A stretch of 64,000 nucleotides of DNA from Mobula birostris. Lineage: Eukaryota. This document shows, in pieces, positions 11,753-24,797 of the stretch. The translations under genes were made by a program, and so were the position numbers. Position 1 is the stretch's first letter. Each line of letters opens with the position of its first letter. Location of the stretch: NCBI RefSeq assembly GCF_030028105.1, contig NC_092379.1, forward strand, positions 46,982,150 through 47,046,149. The letters are read 5' to 3'. The notes under the pieces were generated by a model that saw nothing but the letters and a program-made list of their open reading frames with translations, had not been told where the DNA came from and searched no databases.

Positions 11753-12809
11753 TAAGGAGCTGTTGGATGGGGTGATTACATGAGTAGTTTCAACACTAAG
11801 AGAGTTATAAGGTGTGATCATCATTCTCCATCAGCATTTTGCAAATGATTATTATCCTTCCTTAATAGTAATCTGTGCAATCTCACCGTTCACTGCAGAC
11901 AGGGGGGGAGCAGATGAATGCAGATGCAGAATTGCAAACACTAAGCATTGACCATTCTTCCCTCCACAAATACTGGCAGACCTACTGTTTCTTTCTCTAT
12001 CCAAGCAGTACTACGGCCAATAACCTCAGCTGAACCAGGTGTGAATCCCAGCCCTCCCCAATGCTGCGTCGGGGTCCTGCGATGTGCCACTGATGCTGGT
12101 GTGGGGAGGCCGGTGCTGGGCAGGCCAGGGGGAGCACTGCAATGGCTCACTTGGGTGCGGGCACCATCTGCTCCTTGGTGTTGGCAGACCACCTGGATCC
12201 ATGTACTCTCTCACAATCTCCTGTGAGAAAATCTTTTAAAATTCATTCCACATTCTCTCCCGATTCAGCAAGGGGTATTCATAAATGTATTTGCAAACAA
12301 AAGGAGGCACTATACGTGTGCTAGGCCACATGAAATCACTTTATTAAGAGTTATATAAAACATACCATACAGAAAGAAAAATAAATGATTAATGAAGCAG
12401 TAGTACAGAGACAAAATAATACTTATCCACTTAATGAACTGATCTGCAAAATGACAGAGGGAACACAGATATGACAAACTTTCATCTCTCTCTCCCTCAC
12501 CACCTCTAACCCAGCGACCCAGCCTGAGAAGCTTCCCTCTTGCATAAAGAAATTGCCCCCTTTTATACCCTTCATAACACCTTGCACTATCATTTGCCCA
12601 TGACAAGGCACCAACTGGTACCTGCACATGTACAATGATCGGTCCTTCCCCAAACAAACATGTATTCATCATTATCTATTCTCAAGGCTGTAGACTTGTA
12701 CTCCTTTCCTCAAAACATTCGCACTTTTAAGCTAACACAGTTTTGTCCCAGAAACTACCATTTTACCTTAGCATATCCCAAGGGGGAATCAAATTTAACT
12801 CTTTCCTTA

Positions 12810-13340
12810 AGACCATAAGACATAGGAACAGAATTAGGCCATTCAGCCTATCAAGTCTGCTCTGCCATTCAGTTGTGGCTGATTTACTATCCTTCTCTAC
12901 CCCATTTTCCTGCCTTCCCACCAAAAACTCAGACACACTTACTAATTAAAACCTGTCTACCTCCACTGTAAATAGACTGACAGATTTGGCCTCACAGCTG
13001 ACTGTGGCAATGAACTTTACAGCGTGCCAATCACTGGCTATATTCCTCCTCATCTCTTTTCTAAAGGGATGTCCTTCAATTCTGAGCCTGTGCCCTCTGG
13101 TCCTAGAGCCTCCCACTATAGGAAACACCTGCTCCGCATCTACTCTATCTAGGTCTTTCAATATTCGATAAGCTTCAGTGAGATTCTCACCCCCCCGCTG
13201 ACCCATTCTTCCAAGCTCCAGTGAGTACAAGCCCAGAGCCATCAAACGTTCCTCATAAGTTAACCATTTCAGTACCAAATCATTCTCGTGACCCTCCTCT
13301 GGATCCTGTCCAGTGCCAGCACATCCTCACTCAGATAAAC
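12810..13340 (-). mobile_element. CR1 (HER1-like) LINE 3' end
   Basis: LTYEERLMALGLYSLE and SRTRGHRLRI; tail tcttatggtctta. Confidence 0.85.
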
Positions 13341-13559
13341 TTTGAACACTCCTGCTGCTGAATGTGGCGGAAAGTGTGGTCTCCCTCCCTCCTTATATAG
13401 TTGCCCAGTTCTCCTCAGTAGGAGATTTCTCTCTGACAACAAACTGGGTAGTTGACCTTGGAACTTGTGTAGCCTAATTGAAATAAAGGGGGCACAAAGC
13501 TTTCATCAGATTCACCAGAAGGTGATGAGAGAGACAGCCTCCAGCAATGGCCCCAAAAG

Positions 13560-15750
13560 GTGAATTGCCAAAGGACTGGAGGATGCTTTATTTAAGAAGG
13601 ATGTCTTTACTTAAGAAGGATGCCAAAGAAAATCTGGGAATTATAGACAAGTAAGTCTATTATCAGTGCAAGATGCGTTACTGGAGAAGACACTGAGCAC
13701 CCAGGTAGGCATGCATTTGGAAATACAGGGGTCAATTATGCATAGCATTGCTTTGTGTGTGGGAGATCATATTTCATGAATTTGATTGAATTGTTTGGAG
13801 TAAATGACCAAGAAGGTCGATGATAGCATGATGGTAGATGTGATATGTATGGACTTCAGTAAGGCCTTTAATAAGGACTTGCACAGCAGGTTGCTATGGA
13901 AAGTTGGATTGGATGATATGTAGATCACAATTGGCTTGATGGTTGGAAGCAGATGGAAATGGTGGAAGGTTGTTTTTCAGACTGGAGGCCTTGACTAGTG
14001 GTGTGCCTCAGGGGTCAGTGCTAGGCCCATTGTTATTTGTCATTTATATCAAAAATTTGAATGAGAATGTACAAGGCACAGTTAGTAAGCTTGCAGATGA
14101 CACTATGGTGGGTGTCGTTGTCAACAGTGAAGATGGCTATCTAGAATTACAGTGGAATCTTGATTAGCTGTGTAAGTGGGCTGAGGAAAAGCAGATGGAG
14201 ATTAATTCACATAAATACAAAGAGTTACGTTTTGGCAGGACAAATCAGGGTAGGACTTTCACAGTAATTGTATTGGAGAGTTGTAGAATATAGGAACCTT
14301 GAAGCGCAAGTACATGCTTTCCTGAAGGTGGCATCACCAAGTAGATAAGAAGGTTAAGAAGGCATTTGCCATGCAGGCAAATGTTAACAAGTTGGGGTGT
14401 TATTGTTGTGATTGTACAAAACTTTGGTGAGGCTTCTTTTGGAATACTCTGTTCAGTTTTAGTCACCCTGCTCTAGAAGCGATATCATTAGACTAGAAAG
14501 AGTGCAGAACAGACTTATGAAGATGTCGCTAGGACTCAAAAGACTGAGATACAGAGAAAGGTTGAGCAGGCCAGGACATTATTCATTAGAGCGTAGGAGG
14601 AGGAGTAACATTATGGAGGTGTATAAAATCATGAAGGTTATAGATGACTAATTCATGCAGTGTTTTTCCCAGGGGTGGGGAATCAAGAATCAGAGGGTAT
14701 TGCTTTAAGGTGAAGGCAAAAAATGTAATAGGAACCTAAGATACAACTTTTTCACCCAGAGGGTCATGAGTACAGTGGATTGGATCATTGGTTAATTGGA
14801 GTAGCAACATATTTGGGACAACTGTTAAAGAACAAAAGCAAATCAAGAAATTAGCGGGCTTCCCTTCTTGTTCAGGACACAATGCTGCTTAATTGAGACA
14901 GGAGACTGTTGCCAACCAGTTCTAACTAGAGTTAGTCACCTGAACTTGTATGGCCACTGTGCTTAGAGTGAAAAGTTTTCAAATAATGTCAGTTATGTGT
15001 GTTTGTGTTTAAAAGCAGTGATTTCTGTCACTGATAGTTGGCAAGAAATAAGCAGCAAGACAACTCAGAACTGTTTTGTTCACTGTGGTCTCAAGTCTTC
15101 ATGCTTGGAGATGCTAAAAACGACCAGGACTGAAAATGAAATAATTTCACAACCTCAACAAGTTAGGAACTTAGAGTAATTTGAAGTGATTGAAAATCAT
15201 CTTAAATATTACAATGAAAATGAAGATTAGGAGGATGATATAATTAAAAGCACAGTTTGAAGGTAGCCCATTATCTCCACTAAGTGCCTGTGCTGAATTT
15301 GTTCATATACAATTAATCTAAAGAACCTGGGAGTGTACACTGGATGAATTCCTCAATCAATAAATGTTAGGAACTAATTCACAGTTTTATGGTACTGTAG
15401 TCATATTGGTAGAGTTCTAATTTGTTCTGAACTTTATTCAAATATATAATTTGTTACTCAGTTAAGTGGTAGTTTGCCTTTTTTATAACTATTTCCATGA
15501 ACCTTCAGCTAATTGAGGCAACTGCTTAATTGGGCCAAAGTGTACTGGTCCCAATGTGTCCCTGTTAACCGGAATCTACTGTATATGGAATGAATTGTCA
15601 GTGGAAGTGGTTGAGGCAGGTATATTAATAACATTTAAAAAGTACTGGAATGGAAAGTGCTGAGGGATATGGACCAAATGCAGGCAAATAGGACTAGTTT
15701 GGATGGACATCTTGTTTGGAATGGATCAGTTGGGCTGAAGGACCTGTTTC
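13560..15750 (+). mobile_element. Decayed CR1 LINE RT and 3' region, interrupted by a DNA transposon
   Basis: SGVPQGSVLGPLLFVIYI and KLADDT; the CR1 sequence resumes after 15583. Confidence 0.85.
14773..15581 (+). mobile_element. Tigger/pogo-like (Tc1-mariner) non-autonomous DNA transposon
   Basis: TA|cagtggatt ... aatctactg|TA termini. Internal DSWQEISSKTTQNCFVHCG resembles the pogo DDE C-terminus W..V...TI.NCF. Confidence 0.8.
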
Positions 15751-15769
15751 CATAAGACCATAAGATATA

Positions 15770-16045
15770 GAGAGTGTGGTGTGTGGCCAAGTGGTTAGGG
15801 CGTTGGACTAGCAATCTGAAGGTCGTGGGTTCAAGCCTCAGCCAAGGCAGCGTGTGTGTCCTTGAGCAAGGCTCTTAACCACACAATGCTCCAGTCTACC
15901 CAGCTGAGAATGAGTCCCGGCAAAAATGCTGGGGGTTAACCTTGCGATAGACTGGCGTCCTATCTGGGTGGGGGGAGTCACTTCATGCCACGGAAACAGG
16001 CATAAGCACCGGCCTGATGGGCCACAAGGCTCATGACAGACTTAA
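15770..16045 (+). mobile_element. tRNA-headed CORE-type SINE, tail type B, inserted in a CR1 tail
   Basis: Same head and CORE as 11370; TSD ataagatata at 15760-15769 and 16046-16055. Confidence 0.8.
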
Positions 16046-16939
16046 ATAAGATATAAAAGCAGAATTAGGCATTTTGCCCATCGAGTCAGCCTCCCCTTTC
16101 ATCATGGCTGATCTCAGCCCCATAAAACCATGAAATATAGGTACAGAATTAGGCCATCCTGAGCTGCTGCTGCACTTACTTAACCTGTTCCACATGAGAC
16201 AGCCCATCAATGCCATCCCTCAAAAGTTCCTGTCAGGCTCCAAAAACTGGTGTGGTGCCCAAGCAGACGTCTTTCTCCAAGTTCAAGTATGGGGAATGTA
16301 CTGGTGAACACTCAGTCTGATGCGAACAAGAGCAAGGAATCGGCACTCCGGAGGGTAGTGTTCACCAGGGTGCCAGTGGATCACAGTAAGAGAAGGGCCA
16401 CTGAGCTTACTGGAATGGTTTGTGCTGTGAGCACATTCCCAGCTACTTTATATGTAGCTCTTTATGCATGTGTAATAATCTTTAATAATATAATAACATA
16501 ATATTTATAATATTACTGTTACCATCAGGAAGGAGATACAGAAGCCTGAAGACACACACTCAGTGATTTAGGAACAGATACCTCCCCTCTGCCATCTGAT
16601 TCCTGAATGGACTTTGAAGCCTTGCACACTACCTCACTCTTTTTTTTAATATACAGGATTTCTGTTTTTGCACATTTTTAAATAATCTATTCAATATACG
16701 TAATTGACTTACTCGTTTATTTATCATTATATTTTTTTTTTTTTTTTTTCTCTCTCTGCTGTACCATGTATTGCATTGAACTACTGCTGCTAAGTTAACA
16801 AATTTCATGTCACATGCTGGTGATAGTAAATGTGATTCTGATTCAGAGTCTGATAATATTGTACAAAATATATTCATGGTTTTCCGACAGCTGATGAGTC
16901 TTTCATGTTGATCTTTTTACTGCACAGATCATATTATAA

Positions 16940-19035
16940 CCCCCCAGTACTCCTGTTACTGCTACACTACCACCAAGAACAGTTACCATGCCATCCCATG
17001 CCCACAGTTTGGAAAATCTGATCGCCTGGCTGTACTTCTACTTCCTGAGTATTGGCAGATACTGAAGACTGCAGCACCTACAGAACTACTTTCAGCCGGT
17101 GCACTGGACAGTATTGAGGGATTTGTCTTTGCTACAGTTGGCAGTGACTTCATTAAAACCAGCATGGATGAGTGTGTCCTGATGAGAACATACTGTACGT
17201 ACCCAAATCAAAAGCTGCAGATGAGCCAGAAGGTTCATAGTCTGCTGAGGGTTAGATGTGCGGCATTCAAGTCTGGTGATCCAGGACTATACAGGAAGGC
17301 CAAGTATGGAGGGCTATCTTAAGAGCAAAAGAACAATTACAGGCAGAATCAGATGCAGCGTTTGCAGGGCATTGCCTTTTACAAAACGAAACCTAATGTC
17401 ATGAAGAGCAGTGATACTTCATTCCCACGTGAGCTCAACACCTTTCATGCAAACTTTGAAAGGGAGAATGAAACTACGGCACCCAGTGACCCTGTGATCT
17501 CTATCCTGGAGGCTCATGCCAGATCATCTTTCAAGAAAGTGAACCCTAGCAAGGCCACAGGCCCCAGTGGAGTACTAGGAAGGGCTATGAAAACTTGTGC
17601 CAAACAACTAGCAGGTGTGTTCAAAGACATTTTCTCTCTCTCATTGCTACAGTCAGAAGTTAGCACTGCTTCAAAAGAGCAACAATCATACCAGTGCCCA
17701 AGAACAGCAGGGTGAACTGCCTTAGTGACTATCATCCAGTAGTTCTCACATCAATGGTGATGAAGTGCTTGGAAAGGTGGTTATGGCTAGAATCAACTCC
17801 TGCCTCAGCAAGGACCTGGACCCACAGCAATTTGCTTATCACCACAATAGACCTACAGTGGAAGTGATCTCATTGGCTCTTCTCAAGACCTTGGATCACC
17901 TGGACAATACTAATGCTTATGCCAGGCTACTGTTTGTTGACAACAGCTCAATGTTTAACACAATCATTCCTACAGTTCTGATCAAAAAGCTCCAAAACCT
18001 GGGCCTCTATACCACCCTCTTCAATTGGATCCTCGGCTTCCTCACCAGAAGACTACCATCTGTGCAGATCAGAAGTAACACCTCCACCTCACTGATAATC
18101 AACTCTGGCACATCTCAAGGATGTGTGCTTAGCCCACTGCTCTTCTCTCGCTACACCCATGACTATGTGGCTAGGCACAGTTCAAATGCCATCTGTTTGC
18201 TGACAACATAATTATTGTTGGCAGAATTTCAGAAGGCATTCAGGAGTGAGATCAGCGGATGGAATGGTATTGCAGTAACAACCTTGCCCGCAACATCAGT
18301 AAGAACAAACAATTGATTGTGGACGTCAGGAAGAGTAAGATGTGGGAACACACACCAGTCCTCCTCGAGGAATCAGAAGTGGAAAGGGTGAGCAATTTCA
18401 AGTTCCTGGGTGTCAACATTTCTGAGGATCTATCCTGGGCCCATATTGATGCAGTTACAGAGAAGGCACGACAGCAGCTATATTTCAATAGGAGTTTGTG
18501 GAGATTTGGTATGTCACCAAAGACACTCACAAATTTCTACAGATGTACTGTGGAGAACATTCTAACTGGCTGCGTCACCGACTGGCATGGGGGGAGGGGC
18601 TACTGCGCAGGATCAAAGGAAGCCGTAGAAAGTTGTGAACTCGGTCAGCTCCATCATGGGCACTAGCCTCCCCAACACTCAAGTCACCTTTAAGGAACGA
18701 TGCCTCAATACGGCAACATCCATCATTAAGGAACCCCCCCCCGCATCACCCAGGACATTCCTTCTTCTCAATGCTACCATCAGAGAGGAGGTACAGGCGC
18801 CTGAATGCACACACGCACTGATTCAGGAATAGCTCCCTCCCCTCTGTGATCAGATTTCTGAATGGACACTGAACCCATGAACGCTACCTCACTACTATTT
18901 TTCTCTTTTTGCACTTAACCTTTTTGATATATAATGTATATACGTATTGTAATTCACAGTTTTTATTATGTATTGCAATGTATTGTTGCTGAATACCGTA
19001 ACAACATATGCCAGTGATATTAAACCTGATTCTGA
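16940..19035 (+). mobile_element. Rex1-type LINE, 5'-truncated and frameshifted
   Basis: [60 protein letters not shown]; tail ctgattctgattc. Confidence 0.9.
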
Positions 19036-19054
19036 TTCCCATCTCTCTTGTTAG

Positions 19055-19480
19055 AGTATAAGACATATGTAGGAACAGAAGTAGGCCATTTGGCCCATTG
19101 GATTTACTTTGCCATTCAATCATGGGTGATTTATTATCCCTCTCAACAACATTCTCCTGGTTTCTCACCATAACCTTTGACACCCTTACTAAACCAGAAC
19201 CTGTTAACCTCCATTTTAAATATACCCACTGACTTGGCCTCCATAGCCACTTGTAGCCATGAATTCCACAGATTCACCACCTTGAAGAAATTACTCATCA
19301 TCTGTTTTTAAGGGACGTCCTTGTATTCTGAGGCTGTGCTCTCTGGTCTTAGACTCCCCCACCATTGAAAACATTCTTCCCATGTTGACCTTTCAATATT
19401 TGATAGATTTCAATGAGATTCACCCCTTATTGCTCTAAACTTCAGCAAGTACAGGCCTAGACCTATCAAATGCTCCTCAT
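19055..19480 (-). mobile_element. CR1 (HER1-like) 3' end
   Basis: Same tail as 12810-13340. Confidence 0.8.
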
Positions 19481-20229
19481 ACGTTATTCTGATCAATGGT
19501 TATGCTGGTTACATGGTCAATTGACCACTGTAAAATTACCTTTTGCATGGGTGCCAGTGGGACATTCATGGTACAATTTATGGGTATGTAAGAAAGTGGG
19601 TGAGAGAAATAAGCAGGGGAATTAGGATTGATGTGATTGCTGTAAGAGCTGCATAGACTGATGGACCGAATTGTCAAACTTGACATAAAGTATAAAACAG
19701 TCAAGGGGGTTTCAATCTCAGATCTACAGAGGTACATCCCAACTTCAGAGAACAATCATCACAGTTCTGGGACTATAAAGCAACATTCCAGCCCTGCAGT
19801 TCCAGAGGTAATTCCAGGCCCAGTGTGGATAAGCGTTCCTATTCCACAAATAAAGATAATCGTTCAGACTCAAAGACTGCAGAAAGGTATTCAACTACCG
19901 GACTGTACAGAAACATTCCAAATTTGTAAATATTAGGGCACTATTCGAACACAAACTTGTAAAGTGGCTTTTCATTGCGCTCCAACATCAGGACTGTAGT
20001 GGCGAATTCCAAAATCTCTACTGGAGATAAACTTTCCAAATCTGGAACTGTGGAGTTTCAGGGTGGTTGAGGACAATGCTATCTAACAATAGAACAGTCA
20101 AATTCTGACACAGTAGACAGACATTCCGTGTCCGGGACATTAGTGGTATTCCAGAACCACGCGACAATGGAGGGACATTCCAACTCAAATATTTAAAAAT
20201 CACTTTTTATTAATTTAGTAACCGTGCAA

Positions 20230-20770
20230 AGAGAGTGACCTCGAGTCATCCATTAATGGCGGTAGCAATACCCAGAATTCTCTGGACATTGAACCACCCC
20301 CATCCACGGCAAATGATAGCGCCTGATGAGTGCGCATGCTCTACATGAGCCTCGGTTCATGCTGATACCGCATGCGTCAAAGCTCCTGCGGGTGAGCCGG
20401 ACGCCGTGGAAACGGGAGAAGTCAGCGGGTGATGCCGGGTAGGGGGGCGGGGGAGGGGCTGCACCATACATTTAGCGACGAAGGGGATTTACCGTCTATT
20501 CGGCTGATGCCGCGGCTCTGATCCGAGCACAAAGCAGCGCGCTCGGTGTTTCTGAGGCCCACACCCGCCACACTGAGGGACCGTAGGCCGCACTGCGCAC
20601 GCTCGTTTCAAACACACGCTTCGGCCACGAGACCCCCGCTTCTTGGCGCGTTGCCCCCCTCCCCGTCTGCAGGAAATAGGCCATTGTCCAGCCCGCCAGG
20701 CATCCTGGGTATGGTCCTTCGCCATTTTCGAGACGACTGGCCAGCGTTAAAAATAAGTTTTTAGGGTCCA
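20230..20770 (+). promoter_or_regulatory. CpG-island promoter and non-coding exon 1 of the + strand ZNF gene
   Basis: YY1-like aatggcgg at 20255, ZNF143-like TACCCAGAATTCTCTG at 20269, NRF1-like TGCGCATGCT at 20331, donor CGG|gtgagc at 20392, GC box at 20441, YY1 cgccatttt at 20720. Confidence 0.7.
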
Positions 20771-22586
20771 TGTTGACACATCAGCTGATACCAATTTTAC
20801 TGCTTTTCCCTAGATAGATTTTTTTTTAATATAGTATATCTGCGTTTTCGGCATAACTATTAAATCTGCTGAGAACTTATTTCAAGGTGCTGTTCTCCCT
20901 GCTGGAAATTCAGACTGAAAAATAATATTGTCCCTACATCTTCTGATTTCGTCGTCAATTACCTTAAAACATAGCATTAAATACCGCAATAACTTCACCC
21001 TCTAACCTCATTTGTTCCAGGCTGAATAATTGTAGCTTCTCCAATTTCTCCTGATAACTGATGTCAGGCATTGTTGTGAATTTCTCCTACAGGCAGGCTT
21101 TAAACAACTTAATAAAGTTAAGCAGAGCAATACAATTGAGGCCAAATTAATATTGACGTGAGACTAGCTGCTGGAATCGGATGCAAATAATGGGCTGCTA
21201 AAGGAGCTCAGTGTCTGTGGAAAGAAATGGGCAGTCACTGCTTGGGATCAAAACCCTTCATCTGGACTGAAAGTCTAAATGAGAGACTTCCTCCAGCAGC
21301 TTGCTTTTTGCTCATGATCAATATTCTTGTGTAAGGCTTTGACCATAAGATATAGGAGCAGAATTAGGCCATTAGGTTCATTGAGTCTGGTCTGCCTCTC
21401 CATAAGCTAATGTTGAGACTTCTGTCATAGTAACAGGGAACAGGAGCAGGTTATTCAGGCTTTAAATCTGCTGCAGTTAAGAGGACCAGAACCTGCTCCT
21501 ACCTTTACCCTTTATCTTTAAAACATATATTTACTTCCTTGAAAATGTTCAATGACTTGGCCTCGACTGCCTTCTCTGCAGTGGATAATTTCCCTCTTGG
21601 TGAAGAACTTTCCCTTGATTTGAATTTCCAATGTGCTTCCTCATTTCCTGAGTTGGTAACTGGAAGGTTCTGGAATCTGTGGCCACCAGGACCATCCCCC
21701 CTGTACCTTACCTGTCTGGTTCTGTTACAATTTCATAGGATTCTGTAAGTTGTGCTCTGATTCTGATATAAGCCCTGAATACAGTCCTGCCATCTAAGGA
21801 ATCAAGCTGGCAAACCTTTGTTATACCTCGTCCATGGCAGCAAAATCTTCTGATGAGGAGACCAGAACTCCAGATGGGATCTCAGCTCTTCTGACCCCTA
21901 TATAGCCATGACAATACATCCACATTCTAGTACTCAAATTCTCTTGCAATAAAGGCCAATAAAACATTTTTGTGCATTACTGCCCAATGTTATTTATAGA
22001 TTTCTATTTGGGTGATTAGATCAATAAATTGATTGAAGCAAACCCCATGTGGTGCATAAGGAATTGAGTAACTATTACAGTCATTCAATCTGGGTTAAAT
22101 TACCAAGTTCTGTAACGTGAATCATCTTTTATTGATTATTTGCCAACTTAAAATCATGGCCTAATTTCTGTACCTCTTCAGAGCCCCTGGACCTCGCCTG
22201 GCATCATAATGTTGACAAGTATGGATTAATTGCTTAGAAGCCAGCAGAAAGAAAGCTCAGGGAGAGGCAGCACTGTGCTGGAGTAGTCAACTACACGTGA
22301 GTTGCTTTGAATCTCTGAACAGCAATCTACTGTTTCTGGTTTGTTTACAGGGTGCAATACAGCTAGCATCATTGCCCAACCCAGTTCTTGATTATTAGTG
22401 GCATAAACTCTATCTTTCAACAATGCACTCTCTGTAGAGATGAGACCTTTCTATTGCTGTTCTTGATGTCAGTACCACTTGCAAGGCGAACAGTAACGTT
22501 CTCAAATAGCTTTTGAAAAGTTGGTGACTGCTGACAGAACTGCAGTTTATGTGCTGAAAGTACTCTCACGTTGCTGCTCCTGATTA

Positions 22587-23320
22587 CACTGGACAACCAT
22601 TTCTTTCAGAAGTGTCGCTTTCTCAGAGTTGTCTTTTGTTTATGATAGACCACTTGAAGCTATAATTTCAGACTACTTGCATCACATGGGAATTTGGAGA
22701 GACAAGAAATTACCTTTTATTGAATATAATTTGTTTAATTGCATAACTGTTCTGATGTTTTGCAATAGTTCAACTGAGCTTGATGATTTTCATTTGTACT
22801 CGGTGTCTGAGGCCTCTTGCTTAAGTGTCCAACAATAATCAGCCAGCATTGATGAATTCCAGTTGCCCTGATACTGTTTCTCCATGACTGCAATATCATA
22901 GTGAAATATTTCACCATGATTATCACTGACTGCATCAAGACTTTAGGGAAGAAGTCTAAATGGAAATCCAGAAAATGAATTTTTAGTGACATTGTTTTGT
23001 ATGCTTGAAGCATGTTGTCAGCCATGTAGCTTGGTGCACTATAGTTGCCAAGAGAAGTTTCAATAACACCGTTGAATGCCTTCAATACAATTTTCTCCAG
23101 TCCCATTAAAAGTTCTTTGAACTGATTACCTGTTTGATTTGTGAATCAGCAAAAATGCCTTCCTTAATCTTGGCATCAGTTATTCTGACTTGAGTATAGG
23201 TAATTTTTAAAAAAATAGTGCATGATGGGGAAATTTCATGGTGATTTTCATGATCAGCAGCCCAAAATCCACAAGGTACACCCAAAAGTATTTAGGAAGC
23301 AATATCATTATTATCCGGTG
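22587..23320 (-). mobile_element. Internally deleted Chapaev3-like (CMC) DNA transposon
   Basis: TTA|cactggac ... atccggtg|TTA termini. Minus strand encodes MSLKIHFLDFHLDFFP, then frameshifted AVSDNHGEIFH and MLADYCW. Family assignment is from recall. Confidence 0.65.
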
Positions 23321-23759
23321 TTATAAAAACAGGAATGAAGATAATCAAGCTGTTCAATTAGGAGTGCTGTGGGATTAGGATGAGAGATGGGAAGCACTAA
23401 TATTTTCATTTAGCTACTTCACTCTTTTAGCTGGAGTCTGCAGGCAAGGAAGTTTCTGTCTGAGAATGTGTATAAAATCTGCCTTCTCCCCCAACCCCAC
23501 TCTTCTGCTGTATTTTCTCTGCCAGAGCCCAGATGTTGGTTTACATCGGGATTAGCTGATGATTCCCTTTCCCGAAGGAGAATAATGAACCAACTGAGTT
23601 GCCATGGTTTTCTAGCACAAGCCCCACAACTCAGCATATTCATAAAGTTCAATTTTGCAACCTACCTTTGCTTATTTTGTGGGTTCTCACTCATCTTTTT
23701 TTCCCGTATTTTATCCATTGAAAACATTTCACAGGATATTAAAAAAGGAGAGTCCTCAG

Positions 23760-24797
23760 ATGGAAAATTCAGACAAAGCATCAGGTCAAGACCAGGACAA
23801 ATCGTGTGAATCATGCAGCCCCAAAGCTCTTCAGCGTCTGGAAATGGAAGTGAGAAGGTCCATTCTGGTGGGCAAGAAGACATTTTTGTGCTCTGTGTGT
23901 GGGAGGGGCTTCACCCGTTCATACACCCTGCTGAGACACCAGCGTATTCACACCGGGGAGAAGCCGTATACGTGCTCCATGTGTGGGAAAGGATTCACGC
24001 AGTCAACCCACCTCATCGCACACCAACTTGTCCACACTGACCAAAAACCTATTCAGTGTTCCGATTGTAAGAAGAGTTTCAAAAGCAGGGCTCATCTGCT
24101 GAAACACCAGCACGTACACAGTGAGGAGAGGCCCTTTGCCTGCTCTGCATGTGGAAAGGGATTCACTTCTGCATCCAACCTCACCGCGCACCAGCTCGTT
24201 CACACCGATCAGAGACCTTTTAAATGCTTGGACTGTAAGAAGAGCTTTAAAAAGAGAAGCCACTTGCTGAAACACCAAAAAACTCACACTGGGGAGAGGC
24301 CATTTATCTGCACCGTGTGTGGGAAAGGATTCACCCAGTCATCCAACCTGACAGCACACCAACTGGTTCACACTGATGAAAAACCTTACACATGTTTTGA
24401 ATGTGTAAGGGGCTTTAAGAGTAAACAGGAACTACTGAAACACCAGCGCACTCACAATGGAGAGAGGCGCTTCACCTGCTCTCAGTGCGGGAAGGGATTC
24501 ACTGTATCTGCTGACCTGCAAAGGCACCAGCGAGTTCACACCGGAGAGAAACCATTCAACTGCACACACTGTGGAAAAAAGTTCCGATGTTCGACCAACC
24601 TTATCAGGCACCAGCGAGTCCACACGGGAGAGAGGCCCTTCTCCTGTTTGGAGTGCGGGAAAAGATTCACTCTGTCATCCTACCTGCTGAGACACCAACT
24701 GATTCACACTGGGGAGAAGCCTTTCGCTTGCTCTTTATGTGGGAAGGGATTCACTCAGTCATCCAGCCTGCTGCGACACCAGCAAGTTCACAAGTGA
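23760..24797 (+). CDS. C2H2 zinc-finger protein, 11 tandem fingers, 345 aa, no KRAB visible
   Basis: 11 CxxC...HxxxH units with TGEKP-type linkers; acceptor catttcacag|23735 followed by ATG at 23760. Confidence 0.9.
   Translation: MENSDKASGQDQDKSCESCSPKALQRLEMEVRRSILVGKKTFLCSVCGRGFTRSYTLLRHQRIHTGEKPYTCSMCGKGFTQSTHLIAHQLVHTDQKPIQCSDCKKSFKSRAHLLKHQHVHSEERPFACSACGKGFTSASNLTAHQLVHTDQRPFKCLDCKKSFKKRSHLLKHQKTHTGERPFICTVCGKGFTQSSNLTAHQLVHTDEKPYTCFECVRGFKSKQELLKHQRTHNGERRFTCSQCGKGFTVSADLQRHQRVHTGEKPFNCTHCGKKFRCSTNLIRHQRVHTGERPFSCLECGKRFTLSSYLLRHQLIHTGEKPFACSLCGKGFTQSSSLLRHQQVHK

Noticed and set aside
23431-23443. Possible 13-nt 5' UTR micro-exon with a GC donor
   Set aside because: Too short to support without transcript data.
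23655-23759. N-terminal extension of the plus ZNF
   Set aside because: Starts at TTG and runs through the polypyrimidine tract and acceptor at 23734.
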